Positions 1 to 10,249 of a stretch of 64,000 bases of DNA are shown here, one piece after another. Location: sequence record NC_070950.1. One strand, 5' to 3'. The translations under genes were made by a program, and so were the position numbers. Under the pieces are notes generated by a model that had not been told where the DNA came from, ran no database searches, and saw only the letters and a list, made by a program, of their open reading frames with translations. How positions within the stretch are numbered: position 1 is the stretch's first letter; the number at the start of each line of letters is the position of its first letter.

Positions 1-84
1 CACCGGCACGGGGCAGTTCCTTTACAGTCCAACGGTGGAACCTCACGAATTCTTATTCCGAAATCTCAGTAACGGACTCAACCT

Positions 85-3000
85 ATGAGCGTATTATACC
101 AACAGTTCTTCCGCAATTTTGTTCTTAGGAAAAAACAAGAAATTACAAATCCTAAGTTTCACCATCTGACGGATATGGTGTTGCCGAGAGAATCGGTAAT
201 GATGTATCTACCGAAGACGCAAGAAGATATCGGCCCGAGTACCGAGGAGCCCTTAATAGGGACTTACCCTGATGGGGTTAACATTTATTTCAACAGTCTT
301 TATATAACCCCCATCGGAAGAACTCGACCCGTTCCCTTTAACGAAAAGCAATCTATACAGCTTTATCGTAAAAGCCATTTCAAATACAACTGGGCGAGGA
401 CGTTGTCCAACTACCTGAGTCGTCGTCAGGAACTGTTGGTAAACAACATAGCGATGGGACCTCATCGTCACCGTTATGTCTTTACTCGCTTTGTTCAGTT
501 CGAACGAGCTTACAACCAACTGGCTTCTGGGATTGAAGCGGTTAAACAAATGAGTAAGGAAACGACCCGCCATCAATACTGGCGAATAGAACTTCCTCCA
601 GCCATCCCCGATTATCGTCAGCTACTGGTAGCAGTCGATCATTATAAGAAGGCGTTCAAAGACGGCGTTTATACCACGACTGACAATCAGGCGGTACTCC
701 CGTTTAAGGGTTACGGTTCTTATTGGATCATGGACTGGTATCTCTTCTTGATAGGCGAAAAGAACTACAGTCTGTTTAATCGCTTAGATAAAGAAGAAAT
801 GGATAAACTCCACATCATCTTTAGTCATAATGGACTCAGCTGGGTAGTTAACCTTGGTATCGTCTCTCAATGGATGGAAGAACTTAACGACAAGCACGGC
901 AATCCCACCAGTATGCGTGTTAACGCGGCTAAACGGTTCCTGCTTGGATTTAGGGCTCTGATAGCGGGCGGCACGCTAAGTGAAACCATAGAGGAGAAAC
1001 CTCATGCCGCAGAGAATGTCGGATTGGGTACTGGAACGCCAGAAGAGGAAAGAAGAAGCCAGGAAGTTAATAAGGAATCAGAAGAAGAACCGCTGGATCT
1101 CGATGAGTCTGAAGAGATTACTGATCAGTCTGTTACTATGCTTGATCTTTTCATGGGCAGCAAAAAGGCTGATACAGAATCTGATGATGACCAAGGAGGA
1201 GAGGATTCAGGAGGAGCTGATGAGAATCACGGAGAAGAGTGGGCTGCAGCGGTCGACGATGAATTACTTTATAACGCCGAAACAGAAGGACTAGGGGAAA
1301 CCAAGAAAGTTATTTTCAGTACCCCGGAATCTGGCATCCTGAGAGCCTTAGAGCAAAGAGCCAAGGCCGGGACATTAACTGTTGCGGAACAACGTTATTA
1401 CACTAATCTCGCGCAATCATACAAAACAATCAAAATGCCTAACGGTGAAAGTCTTGAAAGTTTTGTTAAGATCGATCAGGCCAAACTCCGCCACCTTCCT
1501 GCTAAAATTGCTCCTGAGATGAGAGGGATCATCGACCCTTCTCAGCTACAAAGTAGAGCGACAAATCTTAAAACGAAATACTCTGAAGAATTCCTTAACC
1601 GGGATATCGCCGGGATGATTCTTAACATTCAGAACGCCGGTATCGTTTTAACCGACCTGAAACGTGAACGTATCGTCAATGCGGAATCGGCTTACGACGT
1701 TTATACCATGAACGTTCATCCTGTTGGCGGATCGCCTAAGACCGCAATGTTCCGTATCCCCAAAATTGACAAAGACGGAACCTTCACTGTCGATGGGGTA
1801 AAACAACATCTTCAACTTCAGCGTATGGAAATACCGATTCGTAAGATAAACTCGGAGCAGGTTGCTTTGACGAGTTATTATGACCGCAAGATCATGATGT
1901 CTCGTTCTACCAAGGTCGCCGACGATTACGGATTGTGGCTGAACAAGCAGCTTATTCTGTTGGGCGAAGCCGGTAAAGTATCCGGGGTGTTGGGCGATGT
2001 CTATAATCGTAGTTACGCTGTTCCTCGTACTTATTCTGCGTTAGCCAAACGGTATCGGTCATTAAAGGCGGGTGGGATTGAATTCAACTTCGATCTTTCT
2101 AGTCTTGTTGGATCAGAGAAAGAAATCAATAAGCTGATTTCTCCTAACTGGGTTCCGGTGGCTAAAGAAGGTGACGACTTCATCTTTATGGATGATGGCG
2201 GTAACCTTTATAAAGATAAGACACACATTGGTTCTTTCGAAAGCCGCTGTGGAATTGACACGACGAAAGCCCCAGTCGATATCGTTACGGTGAATGTAAA
2301 CGGATACGCCTTCCCTATCGGGGTAGTGCTGGCTTACTACTTCGGATTCGACGAACTTCTTAAAGCACTCAATGCTGACTATCGGACCGTTCCGGCCGGT
2401 GAGAAAGTTCGGATGGGTCAGGACGAATACGCGATAACCTTTAACGATGAAACGCTCATTTTCAACAGACGGGATAGTTTAACCGCACTCATTATGGGTG
2501 GGTTCCGGAAGTTAGCGAATTTGAGTAACTTCTCTCGTTATGACCTAAACACGAAAGGTGTGTGGGTGCCGGCTATCGGGGATAAGAAAGTCAAACCGGG
2601 TCATTTTGATGAAATGCGTTTGATGTTCGAAATGTTCATCGATCCTATCACCAAATCTGAACTGGTTAAAAGGGGTTATCCGACCGAGCTTCATTATCTC
2701 ATGATCGAAGGCGTCAAAATGCTGAACACCGATCGGACTGCTCACGAGATAGAATTAACTGAGCAACGTTTCGTTGGGTATGAACGTTTCGCCGGTCGGG
2801 TCTATAACGAAATTGTTAAGTCGACTCGTCAATTCAGGAATAAAGGTAATGACAAACGTTTCACCTTCGATATGAACCCTGAAGCGGTTATCATGAGTAT
2901 CATCACCGATACAAGTGTAAACCTAGTCGAAGAGGTTAACCCCATCCACGAAATCAAAGAACAGGAAGTTGTTACCTTTGGTGGTACTGGTGGGCGAAGT

Positions 3001-4341
3001 GAAACGACAATGGTCAGACGTACACGTGGTCAGCAAGAGAACTATGCTGGGGTTATCTCCGAGGCTGGTAAAGACTCCGGTAAAGTTGGGTTCGTGAGTT
3101 ACTTAACGAGCAACCCTAAGATCGCCGATTTCCGTGGTAACGTCGACCTAAGCATGCCTGACACTCTGAGCGGCAGACTGTCGGTAACATCCAACCTTTT
3201 AGCTCACTCGACCTCCGATGACCCCAAACGTGCTCTGTTCTCCGGGGTACAGCAAAGCCAGGGGGTATCTGCGACTAACTATCAGACCAACTGGTTACGC
3301 ACAGGGGATGAGCTGGTTATCGCACACCGGACATCTGAGCTTTATTCTAAACCGGCTAAACTCGACGGTAAAGTAATAAAGCTTACCAAAGAAGGTTTAG
3401 TGGTCGAATACAAGGATGGAACGACGGACAGCTATCCGTTAGGCTTGACTATCGGTAGTGCGTCTGGTGAATTCCACAGACACACAAGGGTTACCGATTT
3501 AAAAGTCGGCGATAGTTTCAACGCCGGAGACATTATCGGTTGGGATGAAATGTACTTTGAAAGGGATTTGGCTAACCCTAATCAGGTCGCGTGGAAATGC
3601 GGGGTAATGGTGAGGATTGCCTTTGTTGAGAATCAGTTCACGTTTGAAGACTCCATTGAGGTTTCTAAAGACTTCGCTGAGCAGACGAAAACGCCTTATT
3701 TGAAGTTGAAAGAATTCTCTTTAGACTTCGAACAAACTCTCGTCCCTCACGTAGAAGTCGGGTCGGAAGTCGACATGGACGCGATTTTATGCTCGATAGA
3801 GGATCCCCACGTAAGTGGTCTGGACGATTCTGATGACACTTTCTCAGGATTAGAGCGTTTAGGGGTTAAACAAATTCGGTCTAACCATCATGGCCGTGTT
3901 GTTAAAATTGAGTGTGTTTATAACGGTTCAATTGAAGACATGTCAGATAGCCTGAAAGGGTTTGTGACTAAGTTAGATAAAGAACGTCAACAGCTCAATA
4001 AGGTCACTCATACCGGGATCGTTAACGGTAACGTTGGGGGAAACACGTATGTTAAGAAAGCCAGTGTTGAACCTAATCGGGTTACGGTTAAAATCTTTAT
4101 TGAGGATCTCAATAGCTCCGAAACCGCCGATAAATTTGTAGTCGGTAACCAGATGAAAGGCACCGTGGGGAATATCGTGAACTACACAATGCGCACACTG
4201 GATGGCCGTATTGTCAAGATTCGATTCTCATTTAAATCGATGTTCAACCGTATGGTTCTGAGCTTACGAGATAAAATGGGTATCAATGAAGTTAACGCCA
4301 ACCGCACTTCGGCAGCAGTTAAAGCTTTCAGAGGAAAATAA
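85..4341 (+). CDS. Virion RNA polymerase beta subunit, N-terminal part (phiKZ gp178-like)
   Basis: 1418-aa ORF with RNAP beta-like motifs (EAGKDSGKVGFVSYLT, FEDSIEVS, DKFVVGNQMKGTV); size and position upstream of the head protease cluster match phiKZ-like vRNAP. Confidence 0.85.
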   Translation: MSVLYQQFFRNFVLRKKQEITNPKFHHLTDMVLPRESVMMYLPKTQEDIGPSTEEPLIGTYPDGVNIYFNSLYITPIGRTRPVPFNEKQSIQLYRKSHFKYNWARTLSNYLSRRQELLVNNIAMGPHRHRYVFTRFVQFERAYNQLASGIEAVKQMSKETTRHQYWRIELPPAIPDYRQLLVAVDHYKKAFKDGVYTTTDNQAVLPFKGYGSYWIMDWYLFLIGEKNYSLFNRLDKEEMDKLHIIFSHNGLSWVVNLGIVSQWMEELNDKHGNPTSMRVNAAKRFLLGFRALIAGGTLSETIEEKPHAAENVGLGTGTPEEERRSQEVNKESEEEPLDLDESEEITDQSVTMLDLFMGSKKADTESDDDQGGEDSGGADENHGEEWAAAVDDELLYNAETEGLGETKKVIFSTPESGILRALEQRAKAGTLTVAEQRYYTNLAQSYKTIKMPNGESLESFVKIDQAKLRHLPAKIAPEMRGIIDPSQLQSRATNLKTKYSEEFLNRDIAGMILNIQNAGIVLTDLKRERIVNAESAYDVYTMNVHPVGGSPKTAMFRIPKIDKDGTFTVDGVKQHLQLQRMEIPIRKINSEQVALTSYYDRKIMMSRSTKVADDYGLWLNKQLILLGEAGKVSGVLGDVYNRSYAVPRTYSALAKRYRSLKAGGIEFNFDLSSLVGSEKEINKLISPNWVPVAKEGDDFIFMDDGGNLYKDKTHIGSFESRCGIDTTKAPVDIVTVNVNGYAFPIGVVLAYYFGFDELLKALNADYRTVPAGEKVRMGQDEYAITFNDETLIFNRRDSLTALIMGGFRKLANLSNFSRYDLNTKGVWVPAIGDKKVKPGHFDEMRLMFEMFIDPITKSELVKRGYPTELHYLMIEGVKMLNTDRTAHEIELTEQRFVGYERFAGRVYNEIVKSTRQFRNKGNDKRFTFDMNPEAVIMSIITDTSVNLVEEVNPIHEIKEQEVVTFGGTGGRSETTMVRRTRGQQENYAGVISEAGKDSGKVGFVSYLTSNPKIADFRGNVDLSMPDTLSGRLSVTSNLLAHSTSDDPKRALFSGVQQSQGVSATNYQTNWLRTGDELVIAHRTSELYSKPAKLDGKVIKLTKEGLVVEYKDGTTDSYPLGLTIGSASGEFHRHTRVTDLKVGDSFNAGDIIGWDEMYFERDLANPNQVAWKCGVMVRIAFVENQFTFEDSIEVSKDFAEQTKTPYLKLKEFSLDFEQTLVPHVEVGSEVDMDAILCSIEDPHVSGLDDSDDTFSGLERLGVKQIRSNHHGRVVKIECVYNGSIEDMSDSLKGFVTKLDKERQQLNKVTHTGIVNGNVGGNTYVKKASVEPNRVTVKIFIEDLNSSETADKFVVGNQMKGTVGNIVNYTMRTLDGRIVKIRFSFKSMFNRMVLSLRDKMGINEVNANRTSAAVKAFRGK

Positions 4342-4342
4342 A

Positions 4343-5203
4343 ATGTCTATCGCCCTAACCAAAGCGATTAAAGATATCCAGGTATCTTTAAAAGAGGTGG
4401 GGCTTTATCCTTCTAAGATCGATGGTGTGTGGGGGGATGGAAGTTCGACTGGCTTCCTTACCCTCATCAACTATTATGCGTCTAAAGAAGGTAAAGCGTC
4501 TCAAGTTAAAATCGGTCCTAAGGTCGGCAACGAAGTAGCCTTTAAAACAGTTCAGCAACAACTCCAAAACGTCGGGCTTTACGGCGGTACGATCGACGGA
4601 CTTTGGGGTAACGGAACCAAAACCGCTTTGGCAACTCTGAACAGCGTCTTCCGTTTAGGTTATCAACTACCTAAATACAGCGCATGCTGGAGTAAGAAGG
4701 TTGAACCGGCATTCGTTGCCCGTTGTAAGAAATGGGTGGACGACGAAGCTCTGGTTCCTGAATGCCTTGATTTCGTCATGGCGATTATGTGTTTCGAATC
4801 AGGCGGTACCTTCCGACCAGATATTCAGAATCGCGCCGGCGCCAACTATTGGGGTTTAATCCAATTCGGTACTGCGGCCGCAACCGATCTGGGTACTACT
4901 CTTGACAAACTCAAGAAGATGACTCAGATGGAGCAACTGGAGTATGTGTTTAAATACTTCAAGATGCGGATGAAATCGTATAAACTGAAAAGTCTGGAAG
5001 ATTTCTATATGTCCGTATTTTACCCGGCCGCAATAGGTAAATCTCCTGACACCATGATCTTCGCCAATGGTTCTGTTGGTTATCGCCAGAATAACTTACT
5101 GGACGTTGACAAAGACGGTAAGATTACCGTTGGAGAAATCAGCGTTAAAATCTATCAAACTTACTACGACGGGATGCTACCCGTTAATCGGAGAATTGTC
5201 TAA
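4343..5203 (+). CDS. Modular endolysin / lytic transglycosylase with two peptidoglycan-binding repeats
   Basis: Repeats LKEVGLYPSKIDGVWG and LQNVGLYGGTIDGLWGNGTK; lysozyme-like catalytic segment MCFESGG...YWGLIQFG; ATG at 4343 follows the upstream stop. Confidence 0.8.
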   Translation: MSIALTKAIKDIQVSLKEVGLYPSKIDGVWGDGSSTGFLTLINYYASKEGKASQVKIGPKVGNEVAFKTVQQQLQNVGLYGGTIDGLWGNGTKTALATLNSVFRLGYQLPKYSACWSKKVEPAFVARCKKWVDDEALVPECLDFVMAIMCFESGGTFRPDIQNRAGANYWGLIQFGTAAATDLGTTLDKLKKMTQMEQLEYVFKYFKMRMKSYKLKSLEDFYMSVFYPAAIGKSPDTMIFANGSVGYRQNNLLDVDKDGKITVGEISVKIYQTYYDGMLPVNRRIV

Positions 5204-5364
5204 TGGACGATACCATTAAAGAAGCGGTCGCTATCGCCAATTTGTTTGAATTGGTTAAAGCAACAACCGGGAAAGTCGGACTTGAATATATGGCCCCCAT
5301 TGATGATTCTCGTGCCGACGAAATTATCAGCGGTGCTATCAACGCGGCAGTAAAAGGACAATAA
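5203..5364 (+). CDS. Small 53-aa protein (MDDTIKEAV...AAVKGQ), below the ORF-track cutoff
   Basis: ATG overlaps the endolysin stop (TAATG); stop lies 2 nt before the next ATG and the ORF fills the gap exactly. Confidence 0.7.
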   Translation: MDDTIKEAVAIANLFELVKATTGKVGLEYMAPIDDSRADEIISGAINAAVKGQ

Positions 5365-5366
5365 CA

Positions 5367-6866
5367 ATGATCAAGCAATCTTCCGTTTTCATTGCGTTGC
5401 CTATCGCAGAAAGTTTGGTTGGTGTTAACAAAACCTTTGCTGATAAAAGCCATCCGCTCATCAAAGGCCTAAGCGAATGCAGCTATGGATTGGTTCCCTA
5501 TACCCTCGATAACCTTCCTTTGACTTTACCGGAAGTTACTCACGAGGAAATGGAACACGGTTTGCTGCTGGATGAAGCCAGTACAACACTCGCTGAATCT
5601 GTTCGTAAGAGTTTCCAGCAAATCAGCCATTACCTCAAACCTTTCGCGAAAAATCTCATCGAAGAAATTTACAAGGCGACAGATATTGATGAAGACGCTA
5701 CACGTCAGATTTTTGACCGTCTTCAGATTGAATACCGTAAGCTCGATTACAGCTTCTTCGATAGCCCGTTTTACCCGAAAGAGATTGACGGCTCTATCGA
5801 CTACAGCAAGATCCCTCTGAAAGATCTGATGTTGCCGGATAACGCAGTTGATAAAGACTTCGGCGGGTTCGCCGATTATATCCAGGCGCCTAACGCAGAG
5901 ATCAAAGAGATCTTTGAAGCTTATCAGCCGGGTTGGGCGTTCGATAAATTTATTGGGAACAACAACTGGGCCGACGTCTTCAATATTTTCAACGGTAATG
6001 TTGATCTGACAACGGCCGGTTACAAAGACCCGGCACCTCTGTTCAGTCTGTACGTGCTGTTTACGAAAATGAAAGCGGATGAAAATCCGGCTCCATTCGT
6101 AAAAAATATCGAACTCCATCAGTATCGTGGTTACGTCAACCGGATGCATAACTTCCTGACCGTAGCGCTTGTTTTTTGTTCTCGCTACTATCAGGGTTTG
6201 AAACTCACTCCAATGCCTGTTTTATCTTTGGTGGGCAAAATGGAAATGGATCGTGGGATTAACCTCCTGCGCGGTAAAATCGTCGTAGGTCTTACCAAAA
6301 AAGGTCTTGATCTTTACGCAGCGGCGGCACCTGAAGGTTCTGTGAGTGAAGCTCTGGCCGGTAAGGCAGTGGCCATGATCGCAACCAAGTCCGATAAAGC
6401 TGGTTTGAACATCGTTGCAGGCGCAGAGTACTTCCAGGAAGTATTCCGCAATTACCTGGCTGGCGTAACGGGATCTCTGAACGCTAAGATCACTGAATCC
6501 TGTCGGGACGCAGTTGAGAATGCGCTGATCAAGTTCCAGAACGAACACGCGGAACTCAAAGATACCGTGATGGGTCTCAATGACAAAATTGAATTCCGTC
6601 GTCTGAGCCACGCTCTGCAGTCTGACGTGGATGCGTTCGTTGGTGGTTATAAATCGCAAGTTGTCGCTAACGGCGTTCCGCTGGATAAATACGTCATGGG
6701 TTCTGATCTCGTTGCCTCTCTGGGTAACCTGATGGGTATGACGTTCGCGGCGGATGTACTGCGCACCAGTGCTCGCTTGATCGGTTCAGGTGAGATCACC
6801 GATGTTCAGAAACGCGAAGCGCTGACCGAAGCGGTTGTAAAATCTTTAGTTAAACATCTTGTCTAA
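5367..6866 (+). CDS. Conserved virion/head protein (phiKZ gp177 / SPN3US gp243-like by synteny)
   Basis: 499-aa ORF between vRNAP beta and the protease; assignment by gene order only. Confidence 0.5.
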   Translation: MIKQSSVFIALPIAESLVGVNKTFADKSHPLIKGLSECSYGLVPYTLDNLPLTLPEVTHEEMEHGLLLDEASTTLAESVRKSFQQISHYLKPFAKNLIEEIYKATDIDEDATRQIFDRLQIEYRKLDYSFFDSPFYPKEIDGSIDYSKIPLKDLMLPDNAVDKDFGGFADYIQAPNAEIKEIFEAYQPGWAFDKFIGNNNWADVFNIFNGNVDLTTAGYKDPAPLFSLYVLFTKMKADENPAPFVKNIELHQYRGYVNRMHNFLTVALVFCSRYYQGLKLTPMPVLSLVGKMEMDRGINLLRGKIVVGLTKKGLDLYAAAAPEGSVSEALAGKAVAMIATKSDKAGLNIVAGAEYFQEVFRNYLAGVTGSLNAKITESCRDAVENALIKFQNEHAELKDTVMGLNDKIEFRRLSHALQSDVDAFVGGYKSQVVANGVPLDKYVMGSDLVASLGNLMGMTFAADVLRTSARLIGSGEITDVQKREALTEAVVKSLVKHLV

Positions 6867-6881
6867 TCGGGAATTTAATCC

Positions 6882-7607
6882 ATGAACTATTCGGCTCTAA
6901 CGAGAAATAAGGATCGGGTCTTTAAAGCATTAAAAGAGTTAGAGGGCCATTCGGTTATCGCTCTGGAGCCGTTAGAGGTTCATATCCCCAAACGCTTTAT
7001 CGAGCGATCACTAGCCGATATCGGTGATAAGGTTGAAACGATCGGTGTTCTGGGGATCGTCATTCCCGATGTCGCTTATTGCTGCATGTATCGCGTGGCT
7101 ACTGTAACACTGTCACCAAGTAACATCAGGGAAATCACAATAGACGGCGTAAGATATGTCGTATTGGATTTCGAGAAGGGCGATACAGTCTTTAACAACA
7201 TCGAGGTCGTTAAAGACGAACATCTCAACTATTCTTATTACATGGAGTTCGGGTATTTCGCAAGGGTTCCTTGGTACGTCGATGTAACGATGGCACCTAA
7301 GCTTTTCGATTACGCCGGGCTGATCACCGGTAAGAAAGTAGGGACGAGTCCTCAGGTATTCAGGGTGCTTTACGGATTATCATATCGAGATCCCGATAAC
7401 TACGAGATCGCTTATCGTTACGGCCCAGGAATTAAGGCCGGGAAGAAACCTCACCTGGTGGGGCTCAATAACGGCAGCATGTTGATAGATGGAACATTCA
7501 ACCGCCTCATGGGCGGATATCTGGCCGACAACACCATTGCGGCTATTCTTAATCCTGATACCAAAGTCACTGATTCAGAAAAAGTGATGAAGGGATCGCC
7601 AGAATAA
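6882..7607 (+). CDS. Probable virion RNAP beta-prime C-terminal subunit (phiKZ gp176 / SPN3US gp244-like)
   Basis: 241 aa, directly upstream of the prohead protease as in phiKZ-like phages; no diagnostic catalytic motif seen. Confidence 0.5.
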   Translation: MNYSALTRNKDRVFKALKELEGHSVIALEPLEVHIPKRFIERSLADIGDKVETIGVLGIVIPDVAYCCMYRVATVTLSPSNIREITIDGVRYVVLDFEKGDTVFNNIEVVKDEHLNYSYYMEFGYFARVPWYVDVTMAPKLFDYAGLITGKKVGTSPQVFRVLYGLSYRDPDNYEIAYRYGPGIKAGKKPHLVGLNNGSMLIDGTFNRLMGGYLADNTIAAILNPDTKVTDSEKVMKGSPE

Positions 7608-7621
7608 AATAAGGGTAAACC

Positions 7622-8485
7622 GTGAGTCAGTTTTCTTTCGGCAACATTATTCTTGCCAGCAACGGTAAGAAAGGACTACTAAAGCCGATCGATGATTCTG
7701 GTTACTATCTGCTTAACGCGGGGGGATTTAACGTCCCTAACCGTAACGGGATTAAATATACTGCCAATCAGTATATTCAAGAGTGTATGTCCGAGGACTC
7801 CGATCTCATGCGTCGTATTAAACGCGGTGAGGTTTATGGGGAATGCGGACATCCTCCTATGTTCTTTTACGAACGCGTCAACGGTGTGATAGTAAGAACC
7901 AAGATCACCGATCTGTATCAATGGATCATGCGTCTTAAAACTATCGACATGGACAGGGCGGCTTTCCACATTCGCAATATCCATTTTGATACTGATGCAT
8001 GGACCCCTAACAACAACGGCCCGATCTATAACAGTATCGAAGTTAAACCTTACCTTTCAACGGTGTTTGGTAAGATGTTTGAAGAGAATCTGTTAACACC
8101 TGATATGAACACTTCTGTGTCTATCAGGACGGTCACCGCTCCTCAGCAATTCGGTCATAAGACTCGTGAGGTCGAATACTTCACTGGTTACGATTGGGTT
8201 TATGAAGCGGGCATGGATTGGGCTAACAAACACATGACTGCCGGATGCGAAGCCTTCCTGCAAGAAATGGTGTTTGACGAAAAACAATCCATGACGTTGG
8301 ATACCGATACCGCCATTCAGCTGATCGAAGCAGGACTGGAGAAGGTTGACGATATTCGTAGCGTTGAAGGGGTAGAAGCCTTTGAATCCATCAAAGGACT
8401 GCTCGGGTCTCTTAAACGTCACAACGAAGACCGTAAACAGAAACACACCATTTCCTACGCTTCTAACTGCCTGGATTTATTCTGA
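7622..8485 (+). CDS. Prohead (head maturation) serine protease, phiKZ gp175-like
   Basis: YGECGHP (His), SVSIR (Ser) and GYDWV (Asp) motifs of T4 gp21-type proteases; GTG start. Confidence 0.85.
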   Translation: MSQFSFGNIILASNGKKGLLKPIDDSGYYLLNAGGFNVPNRNGIKYTANQYIQECMSEDSDLMRRIKRGEVYGECGHPPMFFYERVNGVIVRTKITDLYQWIMRLKTIDMDRAAFHIRNIHFDTDAWTPNNNGPIYNSIEVKPYLSTVFGKMFEENLLTPDMNTSVSIRTVTAPQQFGHKTREVEYFTGYDWVYEAGMDWANKHMTAGCEAFLQEMVFDEKQSMTLDTDTAIQLIEAGLEKVDDIRSVEGVEAFESIKGLLGSLKRHNEDRKQKHTISYASNCLDLF

Positions 8486-8487
8486 TA

Positions 8488-8522
8488 ATAACTGGAGGGG
8501 GAAACCCCTCCAGTTATTTTTT
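8488..8522 (+). terminator. Intrinsic terminator
   Basis: 13-bp stem ATAACTGGAGGGG-GAAA-CCCCTCCAGTTAT followed by a T run. Confidence 0.85.
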
Positions 8523-8571
8523 ACTCACATCCTATTTTTATGTCGACATAACACAATAAGCGAGTTTAACC

Positions 8572-9222
8572 ATGTTTAAGAAAGATCTCTCACTCACTCA
8601 ACTCAATGATCTGGCGGCGATCAATTTTCTGGTAACTGTTCCTCTGGAAGTTAAATTGATCAGCAATCTTTACGGCGAGATGGAACGTATTTGGGGTCAG
8701 ATGCGCGATCAATATGGTGAGCATCTCATCGAACGTAATCTCGGTGGCGGTGTCAAATCCGACGGCGTAAGAGATTATGCCGAGAAACTCACCGTTCTCG
8801 TTTTTAACTCCATCGGGTCGTTCCAGCGCGGCTTGTCGAAGAAAACCATCAGTGATAAGAATGATGAGGCGACAACGCTCATTCGTCGCGTACCGGCGTA
8901 CACCGATCTGACAAACGAAAAACTTTTCAAGATCTTCATGATCAACCTCTTCGGTTACGACGAAGATCTTATCGCAATCTCTTTTGCGACTAACGATAAA
9001 GATCGTAGCAAACTGCTCTTCCGCTACATCCTCAATCGTTTTGACATCGTTCGTAACAATCCTGAGTCCGAAGAACTTATGGAAGGTTTCTATCCTGATA
9101 ACTTCTTCGAGATCGTTGCCGAAAGACCAAGCGACGTTTATCAGGAATGTTTCGCGTACATCGTAGAACAGGGTTATCCGGTCATGAAAGCGCTGCAGTA
9201 CTACGCGTCCTCATTACGCTAA
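8572..9222 (+). CDS. Hypothetical protein, 216 aa
   Basis: ORF with a plausible start; no motif recognised. Confidence 0.7.
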   Translation: MFKKDLSLTQLNDLAAINFLVTVPLEVKLISNLYGEMERIWGQMRDQYGEHLIERNLGGGVKSDGVRDYAEKLTVLVFNSIGSFQRGLSKKTISDKNDEATTLIRRVPAYTDLTNEKLFKIFMINLFGYDEDLIAISFATNDKDRSKLLFRYILNRFDIVRNNPESEELMEGFYPDNFFEIVAERPSDVYQECFAYIVEQGYPVMKALQYYASSLR

Positions 9223-9355
9223 AAGTTTTAAGACCTATATAACTAAGGTGAGGCAAACACAGACAAGACAGTCTGGGTGATGTTGTAACATCATCTTTTT
9301 GTTTCCTCATCTTTCTTATTTTTTTAACATCCAATTTATTATCGAGGACCGAAGA

Positions 9356-9799
9356 GTGAGCAAACTTAACAAAACTTATGCTGAATCCCAAACTGCCGCT
9401 ATTGCCAATCTGACCGAACACGCGAGCTACGACAAAGCAACGGCGCACACTACCTTTTCAGCAGAAAAGTTTTCTTTGCCTGAAGGGGTAACCCCTGAAA
9501 GTATTAAGACGCACAAAGATCTCTTCATTGACATCACCGGTGCAATCGAAGAAGCTACCGCGCAACAAACGCTGGCTGCTCATAAAGCCGATGAAAAAAT
9601 TCTCACCACCACAGGTTCTCTGGAACTGGGCGGGGTCGTCTTTACCTCTCAGCACCACCTGAAACAAAAAGTAGGCGAACACGATCTGTTCGGCGGGAGC
9701 GTGACCAGCGTCGATTATATCTATTCTCCTGAAGCGACCGAATGGGCGGCAAGCATGCGCGCCAATAACGCGAGTATCGCCGAAGATCTTTTTAAATAA
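9356..9799 (+). CDS. Hypothetical protein (probable GTG start, MSKLNKTY...)
   Basis: GAGG RBS upstream of GTG 9356; preceded by a TATATA-type promoter motif near 9235; followed by a terminator. Confidence 0.7.
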   Translation: MSKLNKTYAESQTAAIANLTEHASYDKATAHTTFSAEKFSLPEGVTPESIKTHKDLFIDITGAIEEATAQQTLAAHKADEKILTTTGSLELGGVVFTSQHHLKQKVGEHDLFGGSVTSVDYIYSPEATEWAASMRANNASIAEDLFK

Positions 9800-9806
9800 G
9801 GCATTC

Positions 9807-9852
9807 TTACTCCTGCCCTTAGGGCAGGAGTAAATAAGGCGTTTTATTTTTT
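9807..9852 (+). terminator. Intrinsic terminator
   Basis: Stem TTACTCCTGCCC-TTA-GGGCAGGAGTAA, then a T-rich tract. Confidence 0.75.
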
Positions 9853-9869
9853 TAGGGGAAGAAAGTAGA

Positions 9870-10148
9870 ATGGCTTCTAAGTCAACCACAAGAATCTACG
9901 AACTTGCTGATGGTGGGATTCGGATTGGGTTTGTGAGAAATGAAGGATCGATCAAGGTTAAGGTAGAGCAGTTTGACCGAGAGCGCAAACTCATGAATCT
10001 GTATGGCGCAACCATCCATATTTTAGAAAAAGCGGGCGCCATCACTGAACTAAGAAAAGTATTAGGTAAACAATTTCCGCGTTGGGGATTCGACATGAAT
10101 CCCGAAGCAAAGGAAGACATCGTGCTTACTTTTATCAAATTGTTCTAG
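9870..10148 (+). CDS. Hypothetical protein, 92 aa
   Basis: ORF with purine-rich RBS, followed by a hairpin near 10158. Confidence 0.65.
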   Translation: MASKSTTRIYELADGGIRIGFVRNEGSIKVKVEQFDRERKLMNLYGATIHILEKAGAITELRKVLGKQFPRWGFDMNPEAKEDIVLTFIKLF

Positions 10149-10249
10149 TATTTTATGGTAGGGGTGCTTTAGGCACTCCTACTGGACTCATCGTGCATTT
10201 TAATTCAACACACAAAAAGAATGAGACCTGTACTATTTAAGTAAGAACA

